DNA of 64,000 nt from an uncultured Planctomycetaceae bacterium. GTDB lineage: Bacteria > Planctomycetota > Planctomycetia > Pirellulales > PALSA-1355. The notes beneath the pieces were generated by a model. That model was not told where the DNA came from. It made no database searches and saw only the letters and a program-made list of their open reading frames with translations. Below, one piece after another: positions 42,847-53,729 of the stretch; position 1 is the stretch's first letter, and each line of letters starts with the position of its first letter. Made by a program: the position numbers and the translations under genes. The stretch covers positions 960,001-1,024,000 of the forward strand of contig CAWAUV010000008.1 in NCBI GenBank assembly GCA_963785305.1, written 5' to 3'.

Positions 42847-44781
42847 TCACGGCGCCGTCGCGATCAGTCGCACGCGCCTGAGGTCCATCACGGCGCCGCC
42901 GGGCTTCGAGATCGCGTGGATCGTGAGCGTGTGCTGGCCGTCGGAATTGATTTTGAGCTTGCCCACGTCGCGCGGGATGAATCGCTGGAAGTGGCCGGTC
43001 TCGACGACCTGGGTCGTGAGCCGCTCGCCATCGATGGCGATTTCGATCTCGGCCCCGCCCGAGCCCTTGCCGCAGCCTTGCAAGAGCTCGACTTCATAGG
43101 TACCGGCGCGGGGGACCTGGAATTTCCACTCGACCCAATCGTCTTTCACGGTCCAAAAGCCGAGCGTGTCTTTGTGCGGCGCGTCTTCGTATCGCAGCTT
43201 TTCGCCATGCGTTTGGGCGTCGCGCGCTTCAAGCGCCACGGCGCCGGTCGGATGCCCCGGCCCTGGATTCGGCTTGGCTTCGATCGCCTGATTCATGCCC
43301 TGGCGCCAGGCGCCTAGTTTCTCCGCCATGATCGAGAAGGATTTTTCGAGCGGCAGTATCGAGACATCGACATCGCGATACAGCGGCTTCCAGGCCGCGG
43401 GATCGAAGTCGGGATTCTCCGTGTTCGACCGCACCTTCAGATCGCGGCGCCATTTTTCGAGCGCTCCGCGCAGCCGGGCCACTTCGCCCGGATAGTCGGC
43501 CGAGATATCGCGCGTTTCGCTCGCGTCGGCGTCGAGATCGAAGAGCTCGCAAGCGCCGTCTTCATAGTTCTCGATCAGCTTCCAGCGTCCATCGCGAACC
43601 GCGCCCGACGGTCGGCTGCCCTGGTTCATATAGTGCGGCATGTGCCAATAGAACATGCGCGCCGGCGGTGTTTTGCCCTGGGCGATCACCGCGGCCAAGC
43701 TCAAGCCGTCGCTATCGTTCACGGGCGCTCCGCCGGCGAGCTCGACCAATGTGGGAGTCCAATCCGTTCCGATCACCGGCGCCTCGATGAGCTTGTTCCG
43801 GGGCGTGTGTTTGGTCCAGCGCACGATCAGCGGCACGCGCAGGCCACCTTCGTAGCAAAAGCCCTTGCCGGCGCGCCAGGGCGTGTTGTGTGTCGCCGGA
43901 CTCAGCGGGTTTTCGCGCACATGCAACCCGCCATTGTCGGAAGTGAAAATGAAGATTGTTCGCTCGCCCAGCCCCAGCCGATCGATCTGGGCGGCGACGC
44001 GTCCCACGCAATCGTCGAGCGACTCGATCACGGCGGCATAGGTCGGGTTGAAGGCGTCGGCATTTTTCGCGATCTGCTCGGGCTTGGCGGCAAACGGAAT
44101 ATGCGGGCTATTGTGCGCCAGATAAAGAAAGAACGGCTGGTCGCGATGCTCCTCAATGAATTTTTCGGCATGGGCCGTGAGATCATATTCGCCTTTGCTG
44201 CCCTCGGTGTCGCTCGGAACGGTGTTTTCACGGCCGGCGTAATAAGCATCGAACCCCTGGTCCGTGGGCAGAAAGCCCTTGCCGCCCAAATGCCATTTGC
44301 CAATGCAGATCGACGCGTAGCCCAGCGGCTTGAGCCGCTCGGCCAGCGTTTGTTCCTCGAGCGGCAGGTGTTGTTCGATCTTCGGGTGGAGCAGCATCTG
44401 GCTCGTGGCGTCGGGCCGGCCGGCGAGGAAGGTCGTGAGATGCAAGCGTCCGGGCGCTTTACCGCTGAGAATTGCGGCTCGCGAGGGCGAGCAGACCGAT
44501 TGCGCGGCATACGCGGAAGTGAACCGGAGTCCCTCGCTCGCGAGGCGATCGAGCGCCGGCGTGTGCTGATCGGTTCGTCCATAGCAGCCCAAGTCATTGA
44601 TTCCAAGATCATCGGCCAGAATGAACACGATGTTGGGATGCCGATCGAGGTCCGGCGCCAAGTTCTCGGCCCGCGCGCTTTTCGGACATGTCTCGATGGC
44701 GGCCAATAGCAGCGTGGCATGAGCGATCATTGCCAATCGGCGAAAAACCGCGATGTCGAAGTGCAAAATGGGGCGGTGCAT
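42847..44781 (-). CDS. Cys-type sulfatase with a C-terminal beta-sandwich (CBM-like) domain
   Basis: PNIVFILADDLG, CSPSRAAILSG, GKWHLG, SDNGG, YEGG.RVP. Confidence 0.92.
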   Translation of the reverse strand: MHRPILHFDIAVFRRLAMIAHATLLLAAIETCPKSARAENLAPDLDRHPNIVFILADDLGINDLGCYGRTDQHTPALDRLASEGLRFTSAYAAQSVCSPSRAAILSGKAPGRLHLTTFLAGRPDATSQMLLHPKIEQHLPLEEQTLAERLKPLGYASICIGKWHLGGKGFLPTDQGFDAYYAGRENTVPSDTEGSKGEYDLTAHAEKFIEEHRDQPFFLYLAHNSPHIPFAAKPEQIAKNADAFNPTYAAVIESLDDCVGRVAAQIDRLGLGERTIFIFTSDNGGLHVRENPLSPATHNTPWRAGKGFCYEGGLRVPLIVRWTKHTPRNKLIEAPVIGTDWTPTLVELAGGAPVNDSDGLSLAAVIAQGKTPPARMFYWHMPHYMNQGSRPSGAVRDGRWKLIENYEDGACELFDLDADASETRDISADYPGEVARLRGALEKWRRDLKVRSNTENPDFDPAAWKPLYRDVDVSILPLEKSFSIMAEKLGAWRQGMNQAIEAKPNPGPGHPTGAVALEARDAQTHGEKLRYEDAPHKDTLGFWTVKDDWVEWKFQVPRAGTYEVELLQGCGKGSGGAEIEIAIDGERLTTQVVETGHFQRFIPRDVGKLKINSDGQHTLTIHAISKPGGAVMDLRRVRLIATAP

Positions 44782-45164
44782 CGTGTTGAATTCCGAGCTA
44801 CAGTTGTTTTGATTCGGGCGACGCGAGAAAAACGACCCGAGCGTCTTTCCTTGACGCGTCAATCCATCCAAGAGGGCGCGAACGACGTAAATGCGTTGTT
44901 GCACTATCGATGGGCGCTGGCGGCAAGTCAAACCGGAGTAGGCGGGGCGGCCGTTTTGTTAGAATCGAGTTAGCGGCCGATTGCAACCCACGCCATGCGA
45001 AATAGCGACCAACGACGCGTAGCGGCTTGCCGATGCCCGCTTCGTGAGCGACCATGGAAAAGATGACCCTGATGCGCGCGAAGTAGCTTCGCGCTCGGCG
45101 CCAGTGACCCTTCGATCTGAAACCGACTTTCCCAGAATGAGTCTCGTAATCGAGGATTCCTAAA

Positions 45165-45884
45165 ATGCGACGAAATCGTTGTCGTCGGGTAGTGATAGGG
45201 CTTTGCCTGTGCTTTGCTGCGGGCGCAATGCTCGCCTCCGCTCCAGCCGCCGAACCGGCGACCGCGAAGAGCGCTGCGGCAAGCGCTCCGGGGACAAGTG
45301 CGCCGGGGGTAGGCGCTCCGGGGGTAGGCGCTCCGGGGGCAAGCGCTCCGGCCGTGTCGGCGGGTGATGCCCCCACGCATGCCGAAGTCCGCCATCATGG
45401 CTCGCTCGGAGTGCTGGTGAGCAAGTCCGCCGATGGGGTGCAGGTCGTGGGGCTCATTCCGGGCGGAGCAGCCGCTCGCGGCGGGATGCGCGTGGGCGAT
45501 GAAATTCGCTACGTGGGCGACGAACGTATCCACGGCGTCGAACAACTCGGCGATGAGATTCGCAAATACCCGGCCGACGCGCGAGTCGATCTCACGATTC
45601 GCCGCAATGGAGAACGCGAGATCGTCAAGGCCCGGCTCAGCGCCGCTCCCGACGCGGCAAGCGAGCGGAACGCGGCAGGATCGACTGCCCTATCGGGCGA
45701 CGCGACAAGCCTCGCCGACCAAGTTCGGTTGCTCCAGCGGCAAATCGGACGCATGCAGCGCCAGATCGATCAACTGCGAAGCAATCAGCGCGGGCGAATT
45801 TCGCGTCAGCAGGACATGCGGAACCCCGACTGGGGTTGGAACGGCCACGGCGAAATGGACGACGATCCGTCGCTGTTTCAGTAA
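45165..45884 (+). CDS. Secreted PDZ-domain protein with a coiled coil
   Basis: Signal peptide; GSLGV...GGAAARGGMRVGDEI; APG-type repeats encoded by a 15-bp tandem. Confidence 0.7.
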   Translation: MRRNRCRRVVIGLCLCFAAGAMLASAPAAEPATAKSAAASAPGTSAPGVGAPGVGAPGASAPAVSAGDAPTHAEVRHHGSLGVLVSKSADGVQVVGLIPGGAAARGGMRVGDEIRYVGDERIHGVEQLGDEIRKYPADARVDLTIRRNGEREIVKARLSAAPDAASERNAAGSTALSGDATSLADQVRLLQRQIGRMQRQIDQLRSNQRGRISRQQDMRNPDWGWNGHGEMDDDPSLFQ

Positions 45885-45903
45885 GCGTCCCGCGTTCCCG
45901 GCG

Positions 45904-47640
45904 TTACTTCGTCGGATCTTCGAGCGGATTTCGCGGCGCGGCGCCTTGCAAGACATCGGGCAGCGGCACGGGGACTTCTTCCACGATCTCGTTCCCTTGC
46001 TCCATGGCCGGCGATTGCATCCGCGGTGTCTGACCGATGGCCACCAGCAATTGAAACTGCGCGATATTGTGCCCCATGATCGCGTCGACCACGTTTTGGC
46101 GCGCGTCGGCCACGAGCGTCATGCTGTTGAGCGACTCGATCGGCAAACCTTCGCCGGACCGGGTGCGGGTAATTTCTTCTTGGGCCCCGCGCTCGGCGGC
46201 CGCGAGCTGAATCGCCGTGACTTTGAGCAACCGTCGCTGGGCTTCGAGTCCTGCGTAGGACTGCGCCACTTGACGGCGCACCTCGGCCGTGAGCACGGTC
46301 TGGCTGCCGATCAGGGCGTCGCGTTCCGAACGGCGTTGCCGTGTCATCGCCACATTGCCCGCCCCGAAATTCTGCAAGGTCCAGATCGCCGAAACATCGA
46401 AGTCATCGCGGCTGGAGAAACGCTGGTAGAACGAATCGACGCCGAGCGCCGTGAGATTGCTGCCGCCGCCAAAACCGCCGGCGCTGAAGCCCACGTACAT
46501 CGTCGGGTAAAACACGCGGTTGCGTTCCTGCTTGTAGCGAGTGTTGGCCGCTTCGATCGAGGCGACGCGGGCATTGATTTCGGGCCGGCGTCCGAGCGCG
46601 ATCGAGGTAAGCTGTTCGGTGGTGGCCGTGGGATCGACCAGTTCGAGCAGTTCCATCGACGACTTGCCGGTGGTGAGTCGCACCGAGGGATCGAGCCGCA
46701 ACAGCCGCGCGAGTTCGGTCGAGGCGAAATACACTTCGGCCTGGGCGCCCTGCTGTTGGGAACGCATGAAGAGCGCTTCGGTGCGCGCCCGTTTGTAGTC
46801 GCCATCGCGACCTTGCCCGGCAAGCGCGAAGACTTGCGTGGCTTTGACGATCTCATGCAACTGCACGCGTGAAACATTCCAAGCTTCCAGCTTGAGCTCG
46901 GCGCCGGCCAAGCGGAGATAGGCGTTGGCCACGAGGAGCATCGTGTCGTTTTCCGTGGCCGTGGCCGTGGCCCGGGCCCTGCCCACTTCTTGCCGCGCGG
47001 CGATCGGCAAATAGATCGCGTCGCCCAAGTGCTGAAAAATCTGCACGGCCGGAACACCGACGGTTTCGGCGGCCAAGGTGCGGGCGCCGCCGCCGACATA
47101 GAGCGATTGCTCCGTGATGTTGCGCATCAAACCAAACGATGTTTGCAACACGCCGTTGTGCTGATGGTAATTCGTGCCGGCGTTCAAGTTCGGCAGCAGC
47201 AGCACTCGGGCGCCGCGCCACACCGCCAGCGCCTCGCGAATCGCCTCGCGGCTCGCGCCCAATTGCGGATTCGCCGACTCCGCCAAACGCAAGGCGGTGG
47301 GCAGATCGATGGTGTAGGTTTCCGACTCGGGCACGATCGGAGCGATCGGCTCGGGACCGGCCGAGGATTCGACCTGCATCGGGTCCGAGACGCTCTTGGG
47401 ATCGCGTTCGCTGGCCAGCGGCGGCGCTGGCGGGCGAATGTCGGCCGCCGGGGCGGGCAACGACTCGGGTCGCCCTATCGAAGGCGCGCTCGGCTGCGCG
47501 GCGAATAGCGCCGCGCCCCCCAGTGGCGCGCAGGTCGCCAGCCAAGCGAGCGCTAGCCCGAGACATCGCCCGCCGCGCCGCGACGCCAAAACCGCGCCGG
47601 TCGACGAAGCATTCCGATTTTTGATGTCCGTGAATCTCAT
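45904..47640 (-). CDS. TolC family protein
   Basis: IDLPTALRLA, RRPEI, HNIAQFQLLVAIG. Confidence 0.85.
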   Translation of the reverse strand: MRFTDIKNRNASSTGAVLASRRGGRCLGLALAWLATCAPLGGAALFAAQPSAPSIGRPESLPAPAADIRPPAPPLASERDPKSVSDPMQVESSAGPEPIAPIVPESETYTIDLPTALRLAESANPQLGASREAIREALAVWRGARVLLLPNLNAGTNYHQHNGVLQTSFGLMRNITEQSLYVGGGARTLAAETVGVPAVQIFQHLGDAIYLPIAARQEVGRARATATATENDTMLLVANAYLRLAGAELKLEAWNVSRVQLHEIVKATQVFALAGQGRDGDYKRARTEALFMRSQQQGAQAEVYFASTELARLLRLDPSVRLTTGKSSMELLELVDPTATTEQLTSIALGRRPEINARVASIEAANTRYKQERNRVFYPTMYVGFSAGGFGGGSNLTALGVDSFYQRFSSRDDFDVSAIWTLQNFGAGNVAMTRQRRSERDALIGSQTVLTAEVRRQVAQSYAGLEAQRRLLKVTAIQLAAAERGAQEEITRTRSGEGLPIESLNSMTLVADARQNVVDAIMGHNIAQFQLLVAIGQTPRMQSPAMEQGNEIVEEVPVPLPDVLQGAAPRNPLEDPTK

Positions 47641-47703
47641 GGTGAACCGGGTCTCGCTTGGTTCAACGCTTTACTGGCCTCGATTACCGACAAAGGAAAT
47701 CGA

Positions 47704-49602
47704 TCAGCGCTTGGCGGGCGTGTCTTCATCCGTCGGCGGCGGAGGCAGCGGCATCACGCCCTCGGGCGAGGCTTGACCTTGGAGTCGTGGTTCTTGGCCC
47801 GGCGGCAGCGGTTCCGTGCGAACGAGCGCGTCGGCCGGCGGTTGCCCTAGGGCCACATACAACTCGAACTGGGCGCGGTTGTAGTTGATGATCGAGCTCA
47901 AGTACTCGAGTCTCGCTCGCCCCAAGAGCCGCAAGCTATCGACGGCCTCGATCGGCAGGCCCTCGTTGCCGCGAACGCGTGAAATATCCTCGAGCCAGCT
48001 ATCGCGCGCCGTGCCCACGGCTTCTTGGCTGGTAATGAGCTGCGCGAGCCGCGCCTGGGCGGCCACATAGGCATTGGCGACTTCCTGGCGCACTTGCTCG
48101 AAGATCACGAGCCGCTGCCAGTCGGCGATGCGCATTCTCGCGGCGGCGGCGTCGATCAGCGCCCGGTTGCCAAGGCCCAGGTTCTTCAGGGTCCAATAAG
48201 CCATGTAGTCTTCGTCGGTGCGGCCCAACAGGTTGCCGAAACGAGACGATCCAGAAGCGAAGGGCGCCGAGCCGACCGGATTCGCCACCAAGTTGCTGCC
48301 GCCCGCTTCCGTGCCGCCGCTGACGCCGATAAACACGGTGGGCGAGAAAGGCAACATCCGCGCCCCATCGAGCGATGCCAGAGTAGCTCGGATCGCCGCT
48401 TGCTGGGCCGCCAACTCCGGCCGCCGGGTCACGGCGATTGCCAGCAACTCGTTCATGGGAATCGCCTCGGGCACCAACACCCGCGGCACGACCCAGTTAT
48501 CGGTCGGGTGCAATCGCAGCGACGGGTCGAGGCCCAGCAATTGGGCGAGCCGCGTGCTCGCGCGAAGCGTGTCGCCATCGGCGGCGACGGCCAGTGAATC
48601 GCGATCCAACAGCACCGTGGCGGCACGGTTGGCGTCGGCGTCGCGCCCCTGGCCGGTCTGGGCATAGCTGCGCGTGATCGAGGCGAGCTCGATCGCGTCG
48701 GCACGCACCTGGAGCAAGATACTCCGGCGTCCTTCGGCGGCGAGCAAGTCCATGTAATTGCTCGCCACGCGTAGGCCCATCGTATTGCGCTCGGCGACCG
48801 ATAGAAACTGCCGCTGATTGACGAATTGCTGGCTTTGCAAATAGTTGTATAGCACGACCGACGGATTGTTGGACCACATCAAGCCGGGGATATTGACCGT
48901 GCCCGCGGCAATCGCCACGGCGCCCGCGCCAAGGTAGAGCGAATTGCGCTTGACGCTCAGGATATTGCCATCGGACTGTTGCAGCGGGCCGGTGTGGCCA
49001 TCGTAGCTCGTGCCGAGGTTGATCGTGGGGAGGATTTGCGTCGCCGCCAGTTGCCGCAGCGCGGCCGCTTCCACCACCCTCTGCTGGGCGAGCAAGAACT
49101 GGGGGTTCCGCACATCGACCATCGCCAAGGCCGACGCCAAGTCGATCGGAGTGACTTCGATATCGGGAAACACGCTCGGCAATTGTTCCGGCGGAGCATC
49201 GATCGGCACGTTCTTCTCGCCGCTTCCCAAAATGCCCGCCACGTCGGCCGCGGGCGGCTCGGGCGGCGGGCTCGGCTGCAAGCTGGCCACGCGCACGTTC
49301 GGTCGCGCCGCGCTTTGAGCAACCCCCGGCCGCCCGACGAGATTCCGCGCCGAACTCGCCGCGCCGCTGGGCGGCGGGCTTGCCGGAGCGGCGTTCACGG
49401 CGCCAGTGCTCGGGCTCGCGGCCCGCGCGAGCGCGGCGCCGAACCAGCCGGCGCCAAGGCTTTGGGCCAAGAGCCAAGCAACCACCGCGCGGCGGCCTTG
49501 CCCCGCGCTCGGCGAACCCGCGCCCGGGCGTCGCGCGTCGCGCGTCGCTTTCCGTCGGCGGCCCTGGAGCACTGGCGCGTCGATCCGATTTCCTCGGGTC
49601 AT
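47704..49602 (-). CDS. TolC family protein
   Basis: IDLASALAM, RRPEL, YNRAQFELYVALG; start overlaps the upstream stop (ATGA). Confidence 0.85.
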   Translation of the reverse strand: MTRGNRIDAPVLQGRRRKATRDARRPGAGSPSAGQGRRAVVAWLLAQSLGAGWFGAALARAASPSTGAVNAAPASPPPSGAASSARNLVGRPGVAQSAARPNVRVASLQPSPPPEPPAADVAGILGSGEKNVPIDAPPEQLPSVFPDIEVTPIDLASALAMVDVRNPQFLLAQQRVVEAAALRQLAATQILPTINLGTSYDGHTGPLQQSDGNILSVKRNSLYLGAGAVAIAAGTVNIPGLMWSNNPSVVLYNYLQSQQFVNQRQFLSVAERNTMGLRVASNYMDLLAAEGRRSILLQVRADAIELASITRSYAQTGQGRDADANRAATVLLDRDSLAVAADGDTLRASTRLAQLLGLDPSLRLHPTDNWVVPRVLVPEAIPMNELLAIAVTRRPELAAQQAAIRATLASLDGARMLPFSPTVFIGVSGGTEAGGSNLVANPVGSAPFASGSSRFGNLLGRTDEDYMAYWTLKNLGLGNRALIDAAAARMRIADWQRLVIFEQVRQEVANAYVAAQARLAQLITSQEAVGTARDSWLEDISRVRGNEGLPIEAVDSLRLLGRARLEYLSSIINYNRAQFELYVALGQPPADALVRTEPLPPGQEPRLQGQASPEGVMPLPPPPTDEDTPAKR

Positions 49603-51332
49603 CGTTTGGCTCCCTGGGCTCGCGGTTCACCCGCGGGATTGAAACCTCCGGTCGGACGCGCTAGTAAATCCGCGGGCGGTTGACCCATTGCGGTATACAA
49701 GGCGAACTGCGCTTCGTTGTAATCGATGATCGTGTTCAAATAGTCTTGCCGCGAGCGAAGCACGAGCCGCAGGCTATCGAGCACCTCAAGCGGCCGACCT
49801 TCACCCGCCCGAACTCGGCGAAGGTCCTGCTCATAGGCCGCTTGGCTTGATGCGACCGCTTGCTCGCGAAATTGAAGCTGCGCGAGCTGGGTTTGCTTGC
49901 GGGCATAGGCGTCGGCCACCTCGGCCCGCACTTGATTGAGCACGATCAATTGCTCGAGTTCCGTGGCCCGCAGCCGGGCGCGGGCTGTTTGGATCATGGC
50001 GCGATTGCCCAGGCCGAGGTTTTGCAGCGACCAGTAGACCGCCACGTCGGTATCCGTGCGGTCGGCGAAGTCGCCGAAGCGCGGCGTTCCAGCCGGGGCG
50101 TTATTCCCTAGGGGATTGCCGGCCACGATATTGCTGCCGCCGCCGAACGTGCCCGAACTGAAACCGGCCAAAATCTGGGGCGAGAACGGCAACATGCGCG
50201 AGGCTTGCAATTGCAACATCGCCGCATGAATCGCCGCCCGCTGCGCTGAAAGCTCCGGGCGACGATAGAGCGCCATCACCACAAGCTCATTGAGCGGAAT
50301 CGGATCGGGCACGATCGAACGCGGCACGACCCACGGCTCGGCCGGCCGGAGGCGAATCGAGCTTTGCAAGTTGAGTTGCTCGACCAGCAGGGCCGACGCT
50401 TCGTAGACCCGCGCGTCGGCAAGCCACATGCCGGCTTCGCGCCGTTCGAGCTCGGTGGCGGCGCGTTCGCGTTCCGAATCGCGGCCCTCGCCCGTCGCGG
50501 CGAAGTCGGCGGTTACGCGGGCGACTTCCTTGGCGTTGTCGCGGCTCTGCTGCACGATGGCTCGAGCGCCATCGGCGCACAGCAGCTCCCCATAGGCCAG
50601 CGCCACTCGCAATTGCACATCGTTCGTCGTGGCGCGGGCCAGCCAGCGCGAGCGATCGAGCTGCGGCCGCGTGACCAGGTAGTTGTAGATGCTGTCGGAG
50701 AGATTCAAGTTGTATTGAATGCCCGGCACGCTCACCGTGCCGGCCGCCACGGCGTTGCTACCCGCGCCCACGTAGAGCGAGTCGCGAGTCACATTGAGGA
50801 TATTGCCGCTGGCCTGCTGCAGGGCGCCGCTATGGCCGTCGAAGTTTCCGCCGCCATTGAGATTCGGCAATGCTCGGGCGGCGGCCAATTGCTGCATCGC
50901 GGTAGCGACCAAGGTGCGCTGATACGCGGTCACGAGATCGCCGTTGCGCGCGCCGGCCAGCCGGAGCGCGGCCGGCAAGTCGATATAGGCCCACTGCTGG
51001 CCCTCGGGGGTGGTTCCGCCCGCCGCGGCGCCGGGTCCCTCGGGCGGAGGCGTTGCCCCGCTCGGCAGACTCGGGAAACTAGGCGGTTGGGCCGCGGAGC
51101 CAGGCCCCAAGGCGCCGGCCCCCGGACTTGCGTTTTCACCCGTTTGTGGGGCGGGGGGCTGTCCGAAGACCGAGGGCGGCTGCTGGGCCGAGACCCAAGG
51201 AGCGTCGCTCCCCATGCCGCCGGCGGCTATTGCGAGGCCGAAGACCGAGGGCCAATAGCCACGGGTGGCGAAACGCAAGACTCGCACGCGGTTTCGGGAG
51301 CGCGGCTGCGAGTTGTGATGGTTGTGGCTCAT
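49599..51332 (-). CDS. TolC family protein
   Basis: IDLPAALRLA, RRPEL, YNEAQFALYTAMG. Confidence 0.85.
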   Translation of the reverse strand: MSHNHHNSQPRSRNRVRVLRFATRGYWPSVFGLAIAAGGMGSDAPWVSAQQPPSVFGQPPAPQTGENASPGAGALGPGSAAQPPSFPSLPSGATPPPEGPGAAAGGTTPEGQQWAYIDLPAALRLAGARNGDLVTAYQRTLVATAMQQLAAARALPNLNGGGNFDGHSGALQQASGNILNVTRDSLYVGAGSNAVAAGTVSVPGIQYNLNLSDSIYNYLVTRPQLDRSRWLARATTNDVQLRVALAYGELLCADGARAIVQQSRDNAKEVARVTADFAATGEGRDSERERAATELERREAGMWLADARVYEASALLVEQLNLQSSIRLRPAEPWVVPRSIVPDPIPLNELVVMALYRRPELSAQRAAIHAAMLQLQASRMLPFSPQILAGFSSGTFGGGSNIVAGNPLGNNAPAGTPRFGDFADRTDTDVAVYWSLQNLGLGNRAMIQTARARLRATELEQLIVLNQVRAEVADAYARKQTQLAQLQFREQAVASSQAAYEQDLRRVRAGEGRPLEVLDSLRLVLRSRQDYLNTIIDYNEAQFALYTAMGQPPADLLARPTGGFNPAGEPRAQGAKR

Positions 51333-51845
51333 ATCCCAGGTTTTCGTCGGAGACCGGTTTCAAAGGTTAATCCAATCACCCGGGCAACGACGGTCCGTCT
51401 AATCGTTAAGATCGCATGGGATTTTCTGACAATACCCCTGGCGCCGGCGGGGGCATCTAACGGAACCTTAATGACTTTTCCCGAAAAGCCGTCGATAAAG
51501 TTCAGCGGGCGGTGCTTGCGGCAAATACCGCGCATTTTTTCTCCGTTTTCGAGCGATTCTTGCGGCGCCGGTCTAAAATGGTCGAAGCAATCGCGGGAAA
51601 ATGACTTAAGTCGTTGCCGCGATAGTGTCTTACATTTCCGCAATGAAGTTGCGGTTGGCCGCGATCGCGTGGTAAGTTAAAAAACGAGATTTGAATGTAG
51701 GGTTTCTGGCGCCCGTGAGCGATTGCCCTCTTGGGCGCCTGTTTCCGAGAAGTCCCATGACCCCGCGGGTTCGCGATTACGTATCGATGGGAAGAGCGGC
51801 GACTTGAAGTGGCGAATCGCCCAAAGGACCGCAATGTCGGCCGAA

Positions 51846-51891
51846 CGCCGCGCCTCATGCTGCCCGCCGCGCCTCATGCTGCCCGCCGCGC
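51846..51891. repeat. 19-bp tandem direct repeat in a divergent intergenic region
   Basis: CGCCGCGCCTCATGCTGCC twice, plus a partial third copy. Confidence 0.85.
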
Positions 51892-52177
51892 ATGACTTGT
51901 CGCGACTTTTTTGGATGTATGCTGTCGGAAGCGAGCGTCGCTTCCTGGCGAAGAATTATATTTCGCGCTCAATGTTTCGGCGCTGTCTTGCCGCGATTGA
52001 GACCGCTAATGGGATTGTCCCCGGCAGTTTCGACGGATTATCTTGATTAGTGGCAGCTCAATGTCATTGGCACGATGACGTTTGAGCATGGGCGGCGATT
52101 GAGCGACTCGGATCACGGCGATCACGTATCCCATGCCCCCTGGGATTCCTGACTCGCTTTTTCAGGAGAATGCTTCG

Positions 52178-53563
52178 ATGGTTCAAAAAATTCAAAGATG
52201 GCGATGGGTCGGCGCGACGCTTTTGAGCGCGGCGGCGGTCGCGGTCGTGTGCCTCGCGGTTTCGTCGCGAGCGTCGGCCGAGAAGGCCAAGGAGCCGCAT
52301 GAAGCCAAAGGCGAATCCGCCGGCAACGAGGGGGCGACGAAATTTCGCGTGGAAGTCGCGCATCCCAAAACCGGAGGCATCGAACGCACCTCCGTGCAGC
52401 CAGGCACCGTGATCGCCTACGAATCGGCCCAGCTCTATGCCAAGGTTTCCGGCTACCTCAAATTCCAGCCGGTCGACATCGGCTCGGTCGTCAAGCGCGG
52501 ACAAGTCCTCGCCGAGATCGATTCGCCGGAGCTCCTCAAGGAAGTCGATCGCGGCAAGGCGGCGGTCGACCAAGCCAAGGCCGAAGTGCTCCAAGCCGAA
52601 GCGCGGGTCGAAACCGCCGAAGCGCTCCGTGAAGCCGCCCTCGCCACCGTGAAGCAGGCCGAAGCCGAAGTCGAGCGCGCCGACGCCACCCGTGTTTTTC
52701 GCGAAAAGCAGCACGAACGCATCAAGGACCTATTCGCGCACCGAGCGATCGATGAGCGACTTGTCGATGAGAAGCTTGAGGAAATGAACGCCGCGCGGGC
52801 CGCGGAGCTCGCCGCGAAAGCCACGGTGCTCACCTACAAAGCCAATGTCGGATCGGCCGAGGCCAAGGTCGTGGAAGCGAAGTCCGATGTGATGCACGCC
52901 AAGGCCGAGGTCGAAGTGGCGCAAGCCGCGCTGGCCAAGGCCGAAGTCTTCGCGGCCTACTTGCAAATCATTTCGCCCTACGATGGCGTGGTTACCAAGC
53001 GAAACTTCTTCCGCGGCGACTTTATCCGCGCCGCCGATCAGGGTGGAACCATGCCGCTCTTGGCCGTCGATCAAACCGGCGTGATGCGCATGGTGGTGCA
53101 AGTGCCCGACCGCGATGTGCCGTTTACCAACGCCGGCGAGGACGCCGATATCGAAATCGATGCCCTGCCGGGCCACAAATTCAAAGCCAAAGTCTCCCGC
53201 GTGGCCGACGCCGAGGACCCCGACACCCGCACGATGCGGACCGAAATCGACTTGGCGAACGATCAGCGACTCCTTCGCCACGGCATGTATGGCCGCGTGA
53301 CGATTCACTTGGCCCACAACACGAACACGCTGAGCGTGCCCTCGGCGGCCGTGGCGGGCGATGTGAAGGGCGAAAACGGTTCGGTGTTCGTGGTGCGCAA
53401 CGGCGTGGCCCATCTGAAAACGGTCCGCATGGGCTCGGACAACGGGCTGCGCGTGGAAATCATCAGCGGGCTCTCGCCCGACGACGAAGTGATTCAGCGT
53501 CCCAGCACCGCGATTGTCGATGGCTCGCCGGTGGAAGTGATTAGTCGCGGCGGCGACAAATAG
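52178..53563 (+). CDS. RND efflux periplasmic adaptor with a long alpha-hairpin
   Basis: AKVSGYL, VDIGSVVKRGQVLAEIDSPEL, ISPYDGVVTKR, TRTMRTEID. Confidence 0.9.
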   Translation: MVQKIQRWRWVGATLLSAAAVAVVCLAVSSRASAEKAKEPHEAKGESAGNEGATKFRVEVAHPKTGGIERTSVQPGTVIAYESAQLYAKVSGYLKFQPVDIGSVVKRGQVLAEIDSPELLKEVDRGKAAVDQAKAEVLQAEARVETAEALREAALATVKQAEAEVERADATRVFREKQHERIKDLFAHRAIDERLVDEKLEEMNAARAAELAAKATVLTYKANVGSAEAKVVEAKSDVMHAKAEVEVAQAALAKAEVFAAYLQIISPYDGVVTKRNFFRGDFIRAADQGGTMPLLAVDQTGVMRMVVQVPDRDVPFTNAGEDADIEIDALPGHKFKAKVSRVADAEDPDTRTMRTEIDLANDQRLLRHGMYGRVTIHLAHNTNTLSVPSAAVAGDVKGENGSVFVVRNGVAHLKTVRMGSDNGLRVEIISGLSPDDEVIQRPSTAIVDGSPVEVISRGGDK

Positions 53564-53729
53564 CCGGCCCTTTGATGAATGGATTCGCGCGAAGGATTCG
53601 CCGCGAGTTCGCCTCCGCGCCCCGGTGCATTCGCTCGGCGCAAGGCATCTTGCAAAAGTAACTTGCGTGGCGATCGCGCCGGCCGCTGGGTCGGCGAGCG
53701 ACCGCGCCTGATCACGTGGAGTGTATGCC

